Positions 1 to 8,686 are shown, numbered from the stretch's first letter. The stretch: DNA of 64,000 bases from Escherichia coli (GCF_013315695.1 NZ_CP054354.1); one strand, 5' to 3'. The notes: generated by a model not told the origin, from the sequence alone. Translations and numbers: made by a program.

Positions 1-36
1 CCCCGCCGGAGACGGGGCGGCAGCAAGGGAGATACC

Positions 37-474
37 GTGATGAAAACTGAACTGACCCTGAATGCCCTGCAGTCCATGAACGCACAGGAATATGAAGATA
101 TCCGTGCTGCGGGAAGCGATATGCGCCGTAATCTCACTCACGAGGTGATGCGTGAAGTGGACGCACCGGCTAACTGGGTGATGAACGGAGAGTATGGCAG
201 TGAGTTCGGGGGCTTTTTCCCCGTCCAGGTTCGTTTCACGCCAGCCCACGAACGTTTCCACCTGGCATTATGTTCGCCGGGAGACGTCTCTCAGCTCTGG
301 ATGCTGGTTCTGGTGAATGGTGGTGGACAGCCTTTCGCCGTCGTTCAGGTGCAACATATCTTCACGCCTGTCGCGATCAGTCACACGCTGGCGCTTGCCG
401 CGACACTGGATGCGCAGGGATACAGTGTTAACGACATCATCCATATCCTGATGGCAGAAGGAGGTCAGGCATGA
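37..474 (+). CDS. psiB: PsiB-like plasmid SOS-inhibition protein
   Basis: 145 aa; N-terminus MKTELTLN... matches PsiB as I recall it; GGAGG RBS; stop overlaps start of following 239-aa ORF (ATGA), the classic psiB-psiA arrangement; leading-region context. Confidence 0.6.
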   Translation: MMKTELTLNALQSMNAQEYEDIRAAGSDMRRNLTHEVMREVDAPANWVMNGEYGSEFGGFFPVQVRFTPAHERFHLALCSPGDVSQLWMLVLVNGGGQPFAVVQVQHIFTPVAISHTLALAATLDAQGYSVNDIIHILMAEGGQA

Positions 475-1190
475 GCGCACGTTCACGGGCACTGATCCCC
501 CTCAGCGCAGAACAACAGGCCGCCATGCAGGCGGTGGCTGTCACAGAACAACGTCGTCGTCAGGGACGCACACTTTCAGCATGGCCTTATGCCACCGCTT
601 TCTTTCGCTGCCTGAATGGCAGTCGCCGGATTTCGCTGACCGATCTCCGCTTTTTTGCCCCTGCGCTGACGAAGGAGGAATTTCATGGCAACCGTCTCCT
701 GTGGCTGGCTGCCGTGGATAAACTGATTGAAAGTTTTGGGGAAGTCTGTGTTCTTCCCCTGCCATCCGATGCGGGGCACCGTCTGTTCCCGTCCGTGCCT
801 TTTCGTGAAGGTGAGCGTCGTCGTCAGAAAACCACGCTGACAGAGCAGAAATACAGCCGCCAGCGGGAACGTGAGGCAGAACGACGGGAACTGGAATACC
901 AGACATGTTTTGCTCAGGCGCAGATTGACCTTGCGTTTCATACTCCCGCCACGGTCGGAAGCTGGTTGTCCCGCTGGTCTGGTGTTGTTGAGGAGCATGA
1001 TCTGGAAACGATTTTCTGGGGGTGGTGCGGGCGTTTTCCATCACTGTCATCATTTGACCGGTTTTTCTGGCAGGAGGAACCACTCTGGCGGCTGATTTTT
1101 GAAGCCGGTGAGGCCGGTCGTGGTGCACCGGTACAGGTACGTGCACTTGAGCAGTGGATGATCCCGAACAAGCTGGAGAACGTAATATGA
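471..1190 (+). CDS. psiA: PsiA-like protein
   Basis: 239 aa (same length as F PsiA); translationally coupled to psiB; GGAGG 6 nt upstream of ATG 471. Confidence 0.55.
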   Translation: MSARSRALIPLSAEQQAAMQAVAVTEQRRRQGRTLSAWPYATAFFRCLNGSRRISLTDLRFFAPALTKEEFHGNRLLWLAAVDKLIESFGEVCVLPLPSDAGHRLFPSVPFREGERRRQKTTLTEQKYSRQREREAERRELEYQTCFAQAQIDLAFHTPATVGSWLSRWSGVVEEHDLETIFWGWCGRFPSLSSFDRFFWQEEPLWRLIFEAGEAGRGAPVQVRALEQWMIPNKLENVI

Positions 1191-1783
1191 TGAAATCAGA
1201 CGAAAAATACCAGGTTCCCGCGTGGATGCGACCTCTGTTGCCGTTGCTCTGCAACACCGGGGGGAACGATCCGGAAGAACTGCTGAATGATACAGAAACC
1301 ACTGCCAGTGCGAATGTTGTCCGTTATGTACTGATAGTTGCTGTGCGGTCGCAGGTTGATCTGCTGCAGCTTCTGTACAGGAAAGGGCTGTTGCGCACAG
1401 AGATACCAGGTGGCTTTTCACCGGAAGAAGCGCAGGCACTCCTGGATAATCTGGTGCGCAGCCATATCAGCAAGGCGCTGTCGGGCGAGCGAATGGCAGC
1501 CCGTGACAGAAATGCCGATCTGGCCTGGATTGGACAGCAACTGGTCGATGCCGCCTGGTTTGTCCGTGCCACACTGGAAGCGCATGGGATGAGCGTCGGA
1601 AATGAGAGTCCCCCTGCTCCGCCGGAGACAATGCCGGACATACAGACACGGGAACTGGTGATGTTGATCAAGCGACTGGCATCATCGCTGAAAGCGGTGA
1701 AACCGGACAGTTGTGTGGTGCGTGAAGCGCAGGACTGGCTGCGCGACAGAAAACTTGTGGATATCACAGATATTCTCCGGTGA
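1187..1783 (+). CDS. hypothetical leading-region protein
   Basis: ORF 1154..1783; likely start ATG 1187 (MMKSDEKYQ) after GGAGA; no recognisable motif. Confidence 0.45.
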   Translation: MMKSDEKYQVPAWMRPLLPLLCNTGGNDPEELLNDTETTASANVVRYVLIVAVRSQVDLLQLLYRKGLLRTEIPGGFSPEEAQALLDNLVRSHISKALSGERMAARDRNADLAWIGQQLVDAAWFVRATLEAHGMSVGNESPPAPPETMPDIQTRELVMLIKRLASSLKAVKPDSCVVREAQDWLRDRKLVDITDILR

Positions 1784-2244
1784 ACCAGGCATGTATATTT
1801 TACGCAGGGACATGCCGGTCATGATCGTTTCGTTCCAGGGGTGGTCTGGAGATCATGCGGTGTGCTCCCTGCTCTCGCCGGAATAAGGACGTCGCCGCCG
1901 GCTCCGCTTTTACCCGGCCATGCGGGGCATGGCCTTGTGGGTTTTCAGTTATGTGGCCGCCGTGTCGTGTGCGGGCTGTGCCGTGCCTCCATCGTAGCCG
2001 GGCTTCTGCGGGCGGGATGCAAGGTAAGATGAACCGCTGCGGTCACCCGGTCCCTCCTTCCCGTCTGCCGTGATTTTCCGGTCGTTCACCCGCTCAGATT
2101 TCGCGGTCTCACCCTCCAACTCCCGCCAGCCGTGTGCGTCAGGCTGCGGCTTCCCTTGCGCCCTTGCATCCCTGCAGGCCCGGCAAAGATGGAGGCACGG
2201 CACCGCCCGGTGTCGCAGAACATGTGACTATGGAGGATTCGGGA

Positions 2245-2745
2245 ATGTCTGTTGTTGCACCTGCTGTATACGTTGGAACCTGGCACAAATACAACTGTGG
2301 AAGCATCGCTGGCCGCTGGTTTGACCTGACAACGTTTGATGATGAACGCGACTTTTTCGCCGCCTGCCGTGCCCTTCACCAGGATGAAACCGACCCGGAA
2401 CTGATGTTTCAGGATTATGAGGGATTCCCGGGGAATATGGCCTCTGAATGCCATATCAACTGGGCCTGGGTTGAAGGCTTCCGCCAGGCGCGGGATGAAG
2501 GCTGCGAAGAGGCTTATCGTCTCTGGGTGGATGATACCGGTGAGACGGATTTTGACAGCTTCCGCGATGCCTGGTGGGGCGAGGCTGACAGTGAGGAGGC
2601 TTTTGCGGTTGAGTTCGTCAGTGATACCGGCCTGCTGGCTGACGTGCCGGAGACGGTGGCGCTCTATTTTGACTATGAGGCGTATGCGCGGGATTTATTC
2701 CTGGACTCCTTCACCTTTATTGACGGTCATGTGTTCCGTCGGTGA
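2245..2745 (+). CDS. ardA: ArdA-family antirestriction protein
   Basis: MSVVAPAVYVGTWHKYNCGSIAGRWF... and C-terminal YFDYEAYARDLFLDSFTFI match ArdA hallmark motifs; acidic; start chosen at ATG 2245 after GGAGG (ORF track start 2134 is probably an N-terminal over-extension). Confidence 0.8.
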   Translation: MSVVAPAVYVGTWHKYNCGSIAGRWFDLTTFDDERDFFAACRALHQDETDPELMFQDYEGFPGNMASECHINWAWVEGFRQARDEGCEEAYRLWVDDTGETDFDSFRDAWWGEADSEEAFAVEFVSDTGLLADVPETVALYFDYEAYARDLFLDSFTFIDGHVFRR

Positions 2746-3112
2746 TTTACTCCCCGCTCCGGCGGGGGGATGGCCTGCCAGGCCCCCGGAAAACCCTGGC
2801 AGGCTTACGCCTGCCTGAAATACAGGAGGGCCGCGCCTGCGGCGCTACCCTTCCTGCCTGTCATAGTGTGAGGCATTTTTCTGTTTTGTCGTTTCTGTTG
2901 TTCTGACTCCCGGGGGCGGGGACACCCTTCGGCTCCCGGCTGCCTGGCGGCATCCGGTCGTCAGGCCCGACTCCGACAGGCAGCTGCTGGCGCACCCGCC
3001 AGTCTCCGCCGAACCCGCTGGCGCGGTTTCGGGCTGCCGCTACGGTCCGATGTCTGAAAAACCAGGCTTGCAGCGACCGTTCCGGTCGCGCCGCCTCTGT
3101 CGCGCCGTGACC

Positions 3113-3433
3113 TGCGCTCCCTGCACACCTGACGGTGTGTAAGGAAACTGCGCCTGATGGCGCAGTTGTCTGCCCTTCCGCCGCCCCCCCTGCGGCCTGT
3201 TTCCCCGCTGTGGACTTTCCGGGGGCTGAAGCGGCCACAACACGTTTCAGCCGTCCAGGGGAGAGATGTACCAGCCACAAAACTTTTTGCCGCAAGCGTC
3301 AAAAACTTTTGCGTCTGCCCCCGGACAACTGCCCCGTGCCGTGGCAGTCGCTGCCCCATCGGAAAGGTCCACTGCGGGGAGAAACCCCGAAGAAGTGGAC
3401 GGCAGAAGGGGCTTTCGCCCCTCCGGGGGAGCA
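3113..3433. repeat. copy A of ~320-bp GC-rich noncoding repeat (candidate ssDNA promoter or leader element)
   Basis: High nucleotide identity by eye to 6481..6795; similarity does not respect reading frame (ORFs drawn in the two copies diverge after a shared MYQPQNFLPQASKTFASAPGQLPR); lies directly upstream of a + strand gene. Confidence 0.7.
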
Positions 3434-3477
3434 ACCGGTCGGCCCGGCGACCTGATTCAGCAGAAGGAGACGTTTTC

Positions 3478-3912
3478 ATGACAGTCAGCAGCACGATTTC
3501 CGTTTTTTGCCGCGACGGGGTGTTCCGTACCGTTTACTGCCACCTGCACGGTGAGCCGACCTGGAACGGTCGCATCCTGCATACCCACTATGCCACCGGT
3601 CAGCAGGCCGAAGCCCTGGTTGAACACGGTGATATCCGTTGCCTCGGTCCCCGTTGCGACAAACCCGCCGGGCATACGCTTCAGAACCCGGTGGACGGTG
3701 TGACGGCTTATTACGGACGTGACAGTGGTTTCCGGATGGACAGTGAGGCGCGTGAGTACCGTTCTTTCAGGGAGGCCATCGCCACGGAAAGCACTGAAGA
3801 GGTGCGCTTCCATTATGTGTTCATCGACGGCTACTGGAAGGTGATGTACCGCACGCCGGAAGGCTGGAAGATGAAAGCGCTCGCGCTGGCACTGCGTCGC
3901 TGTCCGGAATGA
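3478..3912 (+). CDS. hypothetical protein, 144 aa, Cys/His-containing
   Basis: Internal ATG 3478 of ORF 3157..3912 (MTVSSTISVF...); upstream part of the track ORF lies in repeat A; followed by a hairpin. Confidence 0.5.
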   Translation: MTVSSTISVFCRDGVFRTVYCHLHGEPTWNGRILHTHYATGQQAEALVEHGDIRCLGPRCDKPAGHTLQNPVDGVTAYYGRDSGFRMDSEAREYRSFREAIATESTEEVRFHYVFIDGYWKVMYRTPEGWKMKALALALRRCPE

Positions 3913-3917
3913 AAAAA

Positions 3918-3945
3918 AGCAGGGCGATAAACCCTGCCTTTCTCC
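3918..3945 (+). terminator. putative hairpin terminator
   Basis: agcaggg-cgataaa-ccctgc stem-loop followed by a T-rich tract, just after the stop at 3910-3912. Confidence 0.35.
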
Positions 3946-4004
3946 GCTGGCGCTTCCCCGTACGGAAGTCCGGCATCTCATTCACTAACTATGGAGATTA
4001 TGCC

Positions 4005-4271
4005 ATGAGACCATCAATTATCTTCGCAACCGCCGAGTATGTAAAGCGTCTGCGAGAAGAGTGCCTGCGGGAGAACAAACCCCTGCACCGCCATACCCGC
4101 TTCAGACGCCAGGAACTGGCACCGGATGAGATTAACCCGGACGTCCTGGCGATGGGCGGTCATATCGCCAGACGCTGCAGTGAGCAGAAGCGGGTACGTA
4201 TCCCCGCCATGAAAGTCAGCGAATGGGGCCACCTGCTCCGCGCGCTTGAAATTGAACGGGTCTGTCACTGA
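4005..4271 (+). CDS. hypothetical protein, 88 aa
   Basis: ATG 4005 with GGAGA 7 nt upstream (MRPSIIFATAEY...); ORF 3909..4271. Confidence 0.4.
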   Translation: MRPSIIFATAEYVKRLREECLRENKPLHRHTRFRRQELAPDEINPDVLAMGGHIARRCSEQKRVRIPAMKVSEWGHLLRALEIERVCH

Positions 4272-4447
4272 TTAACCCCTGCCGTCTGCCTGTGCAGGTG
4301 GCAGGATGTGTTCAGGTACTTTACCAGGAGGAACCGTGAGCAAGATGAAAAACATCACGACGTCTGTGTTGCATGGTGTCTCCACAAAAAACAGAAAAGG
4401 GAAACAGATTCTCTTTCATTCAGGGCCCGGGAGGGCTGGAGATAACA

Positions 4448-4837
4448 ATGAAGTCTTGTTTTGATACTGACAAAGCTTTTCATATGTCTTTTGATGAAGT
4501 CACTTTCAACGCTGACAGAATTCGCTCAAAACTGGAACTATTATCCGAAGAACTAATGCCCCGTTGTGGTCTTGTTTATGAGCTATATCAGCGACGTTTG
4601 AGTGCTGCTATTGATAATTTTGTGGCCACATTGCCGACAGAACAACATCTACTGGTCCTGGAACTGGCCCGTGAGGAGTTTGATTACCTTTCCGCAGAAG
4701 AGATTGCTGAAGAAATACGCCGTGACTCAGAACGCGGCTATTGTTGTCATGGCTTTGAACGCAATTGCTGTCCTCTCGGTTGTGGGGATTTGGGCGATGA
4801 TTGCTGCGATGCTGCTGATTTGATGGAGGAACCGTGA
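4448..4837 (+). CDS. acidic protein with Cys-rich C-terminus, 129 aa
   Basis: ATG 4448 after GGAG (MKSCFDTDKAF...); many D/E; C-terminal CCHGFERNCCPLGCGDLGDDCCDAAD; stop TGA overlaps GTG start of rpn (GTGA). Confidence 0.5.
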   Translation: MKSCFDTDKAFHMSFDEVTFNADRIRSKLELLSEELMPRCGLVYELYQRRLSAAIDNFVATLPTEQHLLVLELAREEFDYLSAEEIAEEIRRDSERGYCCHGFERNCCPLGCGDLGDDCCDAADLMEEP

Positions 4838-5748
4838 GTAAGAAGAAAAACACCACAACGCCCACGCCGCATGATGCCGCGTTCCGGTCGTTCCTGGCGA
4901 ATCCCGACGTCGCCAGAGATTTTCTGGAACTGCATCTTCCTGCGGAGTACCGGCAGTTGTGCGACCTGTCCACGCTGAAGCTGGAACCCGCCACCTTTGT
5001 AGAGCCGGACCTGCATCAGTACGCCAGCGATATCCTCTGGAGCGTGAAAACCACCGGGGGTGAAGACGGCTATGTTTATACGCTCATCGAGCACCAGAGC
5101 ACAGAAAATCTGTACATGCCTTTTCGCATGTTACGCTACAGTGTGGCGGCGATGCAGAGACATCTGGAGCAGCACAAAACGTTGCCACTGGTGATTCCGG
5201 TGCTGTTCTATCACGGTGAGCGCAGCCCGTACCCGTACAGCATGAACTGGCTGGACTGTTTTGAGAATCCGGCACTTGCGGCTAAAATATACACAAAACC
5301 GTTTCCGCTGGTTGATATCACTGTCGTTGATGACAATGAAATCATGAATCATCGCCGGATGGCCGCACTGACGCTGCTGATGAAGCATATCCGCCATCGT
5401 GACATGATGGAGCTGCTGGACAAACTCCCGCAGGTCATGGTGGAAATTTCAGACGAGCAGGTGCGTGTTCTGATTCATTACATCGTTAACGCAGGGGACT
5501 CTGTATCACCGGAATTTATGCGGGCGCTGGCTGAGCGTCTGCCGCAGCATGAGGATAAACTGATGACTATCGCAGAACGTCTTGAGCAAAAAGGTCGCCA
5601 GGAAGGCAGGATGGAAGGACGCATGGAAGGAGCGCTTGAAAAAGCCCTGGCTATTGCGTGCCAGCTTCAGAAAATGGGGATGACGCCGGAGCAGATTAAG
5701 CAGGCTACCGGACTTTCCGATGACGAACTGAAGAAAATCACTCACTGA
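4834..5748 (+). CDS. rpn: Rpn-family recombination-promoting nuclease (YhgA-like, PD-(D/E)xK)
   Basis: 304 aa; N-terminal and core match the Rpn/YhgA-like family; C-terminal tail MTIAERLEQKGRQEGRMEGRMEG...; GTG start after GGAGG. Confidence 0.75.
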   Translation: MSKKKNTTTPTPHDAAFRSFLANPDVARDFLELHLPAEYRQLCDLSTLKLEPATFVEPDLHQYASDILWSVKTTGGEDGYVYTLIEHQSTENLYMPFRMLRYSVAAMQRHLEQHKTLPLVIPVLFYHGERSPYPYSMNWLDCFENPALAAKIYTKPFPLVDITVVDDNEIMNHRRMAALTLLMKHIRHRDMMELLDKLPQVMVEISDEQVRVLIHYIVNAGDSVSPEFMRALAERLPQHEDKLMTIAERLEQKGRQEGRMEGRMEGALEKALAIACQLQKMGMTPEQIKQATGLSDDELKKITH

Positions 5749-5761
5749 TGAGAACCGCAAA

Positions 5762-5786
5762 GCCCGGCAAAATCCCGGGCTTTTTT
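5762..5786 (+). terminator. rho-independent terminator after rpn
   Basis: gcccgg-caaaatc-ccgggc stem-loop followed by TTTTTT. Confidence 0.65.
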
Positions 5787-5810
5787 GCCTGCAGGAGCAG
5801 AGCAAACAGC

Positions 5811-5981
5811 ATGACGATTGCAGAACGTCTTATACAGAAAGGTTTTGAAAAAGGTGCTCTTGAAGTGGCGCGGGAAATAGCCTGCCGGCTGCGGGATATG
5901 GGCTGGACGCCGGAACGGATTCAGGAGGCGACCGGACTTTCCGGTGAAGAACTGAAAAAGCTGTTTCCTGATGAGCAGTAG
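5811..5981 (+). CDS. standalone Rpn C-terminal-tail-like small protein (RpnS-like)
   Basis: 56 aa from ATG 5811: MTIAERLIQKGFEKGALEVAREIACRLRDMGWTPERIQEATGLSGEELKKL closely parallels the last ~60 aa of the upstream Rpn. Confidence 0.55.
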   Translation: MTIAERLIQKGFEKGALEVAREIACRLRDMGWTPERIQEATGLSGEELKKLFPDEQ

Positions 5982-6011
5982 CCTGGCATTCTGCCAGGCT
6001 GTGAATCACGC

Positions 6012-6263
6012 TCACACATCCTCTGCCGTTTCCCCCAGTTCATTTTCCAGTCGCCTGATGATATCTGCCTTACGCATCCCCTGCATGTGAGGCAGCAGGT
6101 CACGGACTGAAAGTGCCTGGGTGGTCCTCCAGACGGTGACATCCACCTGCTCCGCATTTTCCCAGGCGTGCCATGTTCTCTGTGTCACGCCAAATTCTCT
6201 GGCCGCTTTTTCGCGTGACCAGAGCATGCTTTTTCGCCAGATTCGCAGTTCCCAGCCGGTCAT
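6012..6263 (-). CDS. XRE-like helix-turn-helix regulator
   Basis: 83 aa; ...REKAAREFGVTQRTWHAWEN... resembles an HTH DNA-binding motif; AT-rich promoter region with palindromes upstream. Confidence 0.55.
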   Translation of the reverse strand: MTGWELRIWRKSMLWSREKAAREFGVTQRTWHAWENAEQVDVTVWRTTQALSVRDLLPHMQGMRKADIIRRLENELGETAEDV

Positions 6264-6277
6264 AAAATACCTTTTAA

Positions 6278-6298
6278 AAAGTGAAAAAACTTCACTTT
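6278..6298. promoter_or_regulatory. palindromic operator-like site AAAGTGAA-N5-TTCACTTT
   Basis: Perfect 8-bp inverted arms with 5-nt spacer, just upstream of the minus-strand HTH gene start. Confidence 0.4.
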
Positions 6299-6344
6299 AT
6301 TTTATCACCATAATCACCAAATCAGCGCGAAAAATAAATGTGAA

Positions 6345-6365
6345 AAAGTGAAGAAATTTCACTTT
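6345..6365. promoter_or_regulatory. second palindromic operator-like site AAAGTGAA-N5-TTCACTTT
   Basis: Same arms as 6278..6298, 67 bp away. Confidence 0.4.
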
Positions 6366-6480
6366 TTTTAGTTGTAGATGTCGTGCTGTTTTCTCTGTTT
6401 TCACCTGTGCGGGAGTGGGTGTCAGTGACCACCACATGCCATTGTTGTGCCGTCGTTTTTCTTCAGTCGCGCCGGATGCA

Positions 6481-6795
6481 GCGCTCCCTGCACACCTTAC
6501 GGTGTGTAAGGCCACTGCGCCTGATGGCGCAGCTGTCTCTGCCTGTCTGCCGCCGCACTGCGGCCTGTTCTCCGCAGACGGACTTTCCGGGGAACATACA
6601 CGACCACATCCCGTTTCAGTTATCCAGGGGAGAGATGTACCAGCCACAAAACTTTTTGCCGCAGGCGTCAAAAACTTTTGCGTCTGCCCCCGGACAACTG
6701 CCCCGTGACGTGGTGAGCATCCCCCGTCGGAAAGGTCCACTGCGGGGAAATCCCCGAAGACCCGGACGGCAGAAGGAGCTTCGCTCCTCCGGGAA
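6481..6795. repeat. copy B of ~320-bp GC-rich noncoding repeat
   Basis: See copy A; lies directly upstream of the gene starting at 6841. Confidence 0.7.
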
Positions 6796-6840
6796 ATGAC
6801 CTGGCTGACCCGGCAGTCGTGACGATGAGGAGACAATGTG

Positions 6841-7689
6841 ATGAATCAGACTTTACCCACTGCTGACCTGAATACTGCCGGCACGACAGATGTTATTCCG
6901 TCTGTAGCTATCGACCGCATCATCGCGCAGCGTAACGAAGGTATTGCACTGTTCATGCAGGCGATGGAATGCCTGGCGACAGCGCGCAAGATTCTGCTCG
7001 ATGCGTCAGGTGATATTTTTCTTTACGGGTTTGAAGACTGCGTGACTGATTCCGTTCGTCGCATGGATAAGACGGAAGAAGCGAAAAGGAATATCACCCG
7101 TCTTGCCGACCGGAAAATCTGGGACCGCCTGATGACAGATACGGGCATGTACACCTTCATGAGTTCATGCCAGCGTGATGAGTGGAACAGCCAGCTGATG
7201 AGCGACACCTGTCCTGAAATCACCCTGGACAATGTACTGGCAACATTCCGCCATCTTAATGCCAGCAAGATGCAGACGTTTGAACAGGGGCTGATTGATG
7301 TCTACCGGAAATTGTCATGGGATTACAGAACCAATAATCCCTGCCGTCTGGGTAAGAAAATCATTATTGAAAACCTACTGTACCGCTGGAGTAACGGGCG
7401 TGTGACGCTGGACTGCAGCGGACGGGAGGCACTGGATGACCTGGTACGTCCGTTTTATCTGCTGGAGGGGCGCAACGTTCCTGACTTCAGGAACAGCATC
7501 GGGGCGCAGTATGGTGAATTTCTCGGGAACGGTGACAATGTCGGTAAGCTGTTAGAAGGGGAATATTTTACGGTGCGTGGCTACCAGAAAGGGACCGTAC
7601 ACATTGTCTTTAAGCGTTCTGACCTTGTTGAAAAACTGAATGATATTATTGCACGGCATTATCCTGGTGCATTGCCGCCACGAGTCTGA
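6841..7689 (+). CDS. hypothetical leading-region protein, ~282 aa
   Basis: ORF 6838..7689; ATG 6841 with GAGGAG 8 nt upstream; no recognisable motif. Confidence 0.55.
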   Translation: MNQTLPTADLNTAGTTDVIPSVAIDRIIAQRNEGIALFMQAMECLATARKILLDASGDIFLYGFEDCVTDSVRRMDKTEEAKRNITRLADRKIWDRLMTDTGMYTFMSSCQRDEWNSQLMSDTCPEITLDNVLATFRHLNASKMQTFEQGLIDVYRKLSWDYRTNNPCRLGKKIIIENLLYRWSNGRVTLDCSGREALDDLVRPFYLLEGRNVPDFRNSIGAQYGEFLGNGDNVGKLLEGEYFTVRGYQKGTVHIVFKRSDLVEKLNDIIARHYPGALPPRV

Positions 7690-7755
7690 TTAAACAGAAA
7701 AGCCCAGGTATTTATGCCGGGGCTTTTTTTTCTGTAATCATCATAATCTCAGAAC

Positions 7756-7774
7756 ACAATGTGACATTGTCACA
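7756..7774. promoter_or_regulatory. overlapping perfect palindromes ACAATGT-G-ACATTGT / TGTGACA-T-TGTCACA
   Basis: Read directly from sequence between two convergent genes. Confidence 0.3.
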
Positions 7775-8110
7775 TCAATTGTTGTTCATATCGATGCCAT
7801 CTTTCCTGCCTGAATCTGTCTTTTTAGGTGCTGTTTTAGAGGAAGAACGGCGGGATGGTTTTTTCGATTCTGCTTCCCGAATAATGTCACGAAGTGCTTT
7901 CTCTCCTACTTCATATCCTGCATTTTTGAGCGTGTCACGAACATCTGTCAGTGTATAACCCTTTGTCCTTACCAGGATAATGATGTCATCACGAATGGCA
8001 TCAAGAAAATCACGCAATGTTTTCCGTTGAGCGGTGAGGTCTGGCAATTCCGATAAAGCAGCTTTTGCCAGCTGGATGTCATCATCTGAGTAAAATTTTT
8101 TAGACGCCAT
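7775..8110 (-). CDS. hypothetical basic protein next to oriT, possibly DNA-binding
   Basis: ORF 7775..8116; ATG at 8110 with GGAGA upstream; Lys/Arg-rich C-terminus; divergent from nikA. Confidence 0.45.
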   Translation of the reverse strand: MASKKFYSDDDIQLAKAALSELPDLTAQRKTLRDFLDAIRDDIIILVRTKGYTLTDVRDTLKNAGYEVGEKALRDIIREAESKKPSRRSSSKTAPKKTDSGRKDGIDMNNN

Positions 8111-8116
8111 TGGCAC

Positions 8117-8342
8117 TTTCTCTCCGTTTAATGTTGAAGCCTGATTTTATCATCAAAAACTGCCTCCTGGCAGGGCTGCGCCCTGCCTCTGCCGTCTGCA
8201 TAAGACTATGATGCACAAAAATAACAGGCTATAATGGACTGAAAAACGGGACAGGATGTGTAATCGTATAACCGCGCACGCACGGCTATACGATTACCAC
8301 CTGGTCAGGGCTTAGCCCCGACACCCCGGTAAGGAGCAGACC
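8117..8342. other. candidate origin of transfer (oriT)
   Basis: Intergenic region upstream of nikA; perfect 11-bp inverted repeat GTAATCGTATA (8260..8270) / TATACGATTAC (8287..8297); on the minus strand the repeat is followed 2 nt later by ATCCTG (8252..8258), resembling the MobP nick motif ATCCTG|C; second inverted repeat CAGGGC-TGC-GCCCTG nearby. Confidence 0.55.
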
Positions 8343-8675
8343 ATGAGTGAGAAGAAAACCCGAAGTGGCAGTGAGAAACGGCAAAAGAATGTCCTCATTG
8401 CTGTTCGTTTTTCACCAGAAGAGGCTGAGATTGTTAAAGAAAAGGCAGAAAAAAACGGACTGACAGTTTCAACTCTGATAAGAAAAACTGTGCTGGGAAA
8501 ACAGATAAATGCCCGCATTGACGAAGATTTTTTGAAAGAGCTGATGCGTCTTGGTCGCCTGCAGAAGCATCTGTTTGTGGAAGGAAAACGCACGGGAGAT
8601 AAAGAGTATGCAGAGGTTCTCGTTGCTATTACAGAGCTTGCTAATACTCTGCGAAGAAATTTAATGGGACGCTGA
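8343..8675 (+). CDS. nikA: NikA-like relaxosome accessory protein (ribbon-helix-helix)
   Basis: 110 aa, same size as R64 NikA; AGGAG RBS; directly upstream of the relaxase. Confidence 0.65.
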   Translation: MSEKKTRSGSEKRQKNVLIAVRFSPEEAEIVKEKAEKNGLTVSTLIRKTVLGKQINARIDEDFLKELMRLGRLQKHLFVEGKRTGDKEYAEVLVAITELANTLRRNLMGR

Positions 8676-8686
8676 GATAATCGCTG

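Noticed and set aside
541-1302. 253-aa minus-strand ORF, plus the other ORFs at 576..998 and 938..1171 overlapping psiA
   Set aside because: Antisense shadow ORFs in GC-rich coding DNA; the + strand psiB-psiA pair has RBSs, coupling and family resemblance.
3157-3477. N-terminal extension of ORF 3157..3912 and ORFs 3266..3481 and 6383..6799 inside the ~320-bp repeats
   Set aside because: The two repeat copies are conserved at nucleotide level but the encoded peptides diverge through frame changes, so these are noncoding; the real gene starts at ATG 3478.
4834-5748. Rpn as a transposase or IS element
   Set aside because: No terminal inverted repeats or target-site duplication seen around the gene; treated as a stand-alone nuclease gene.
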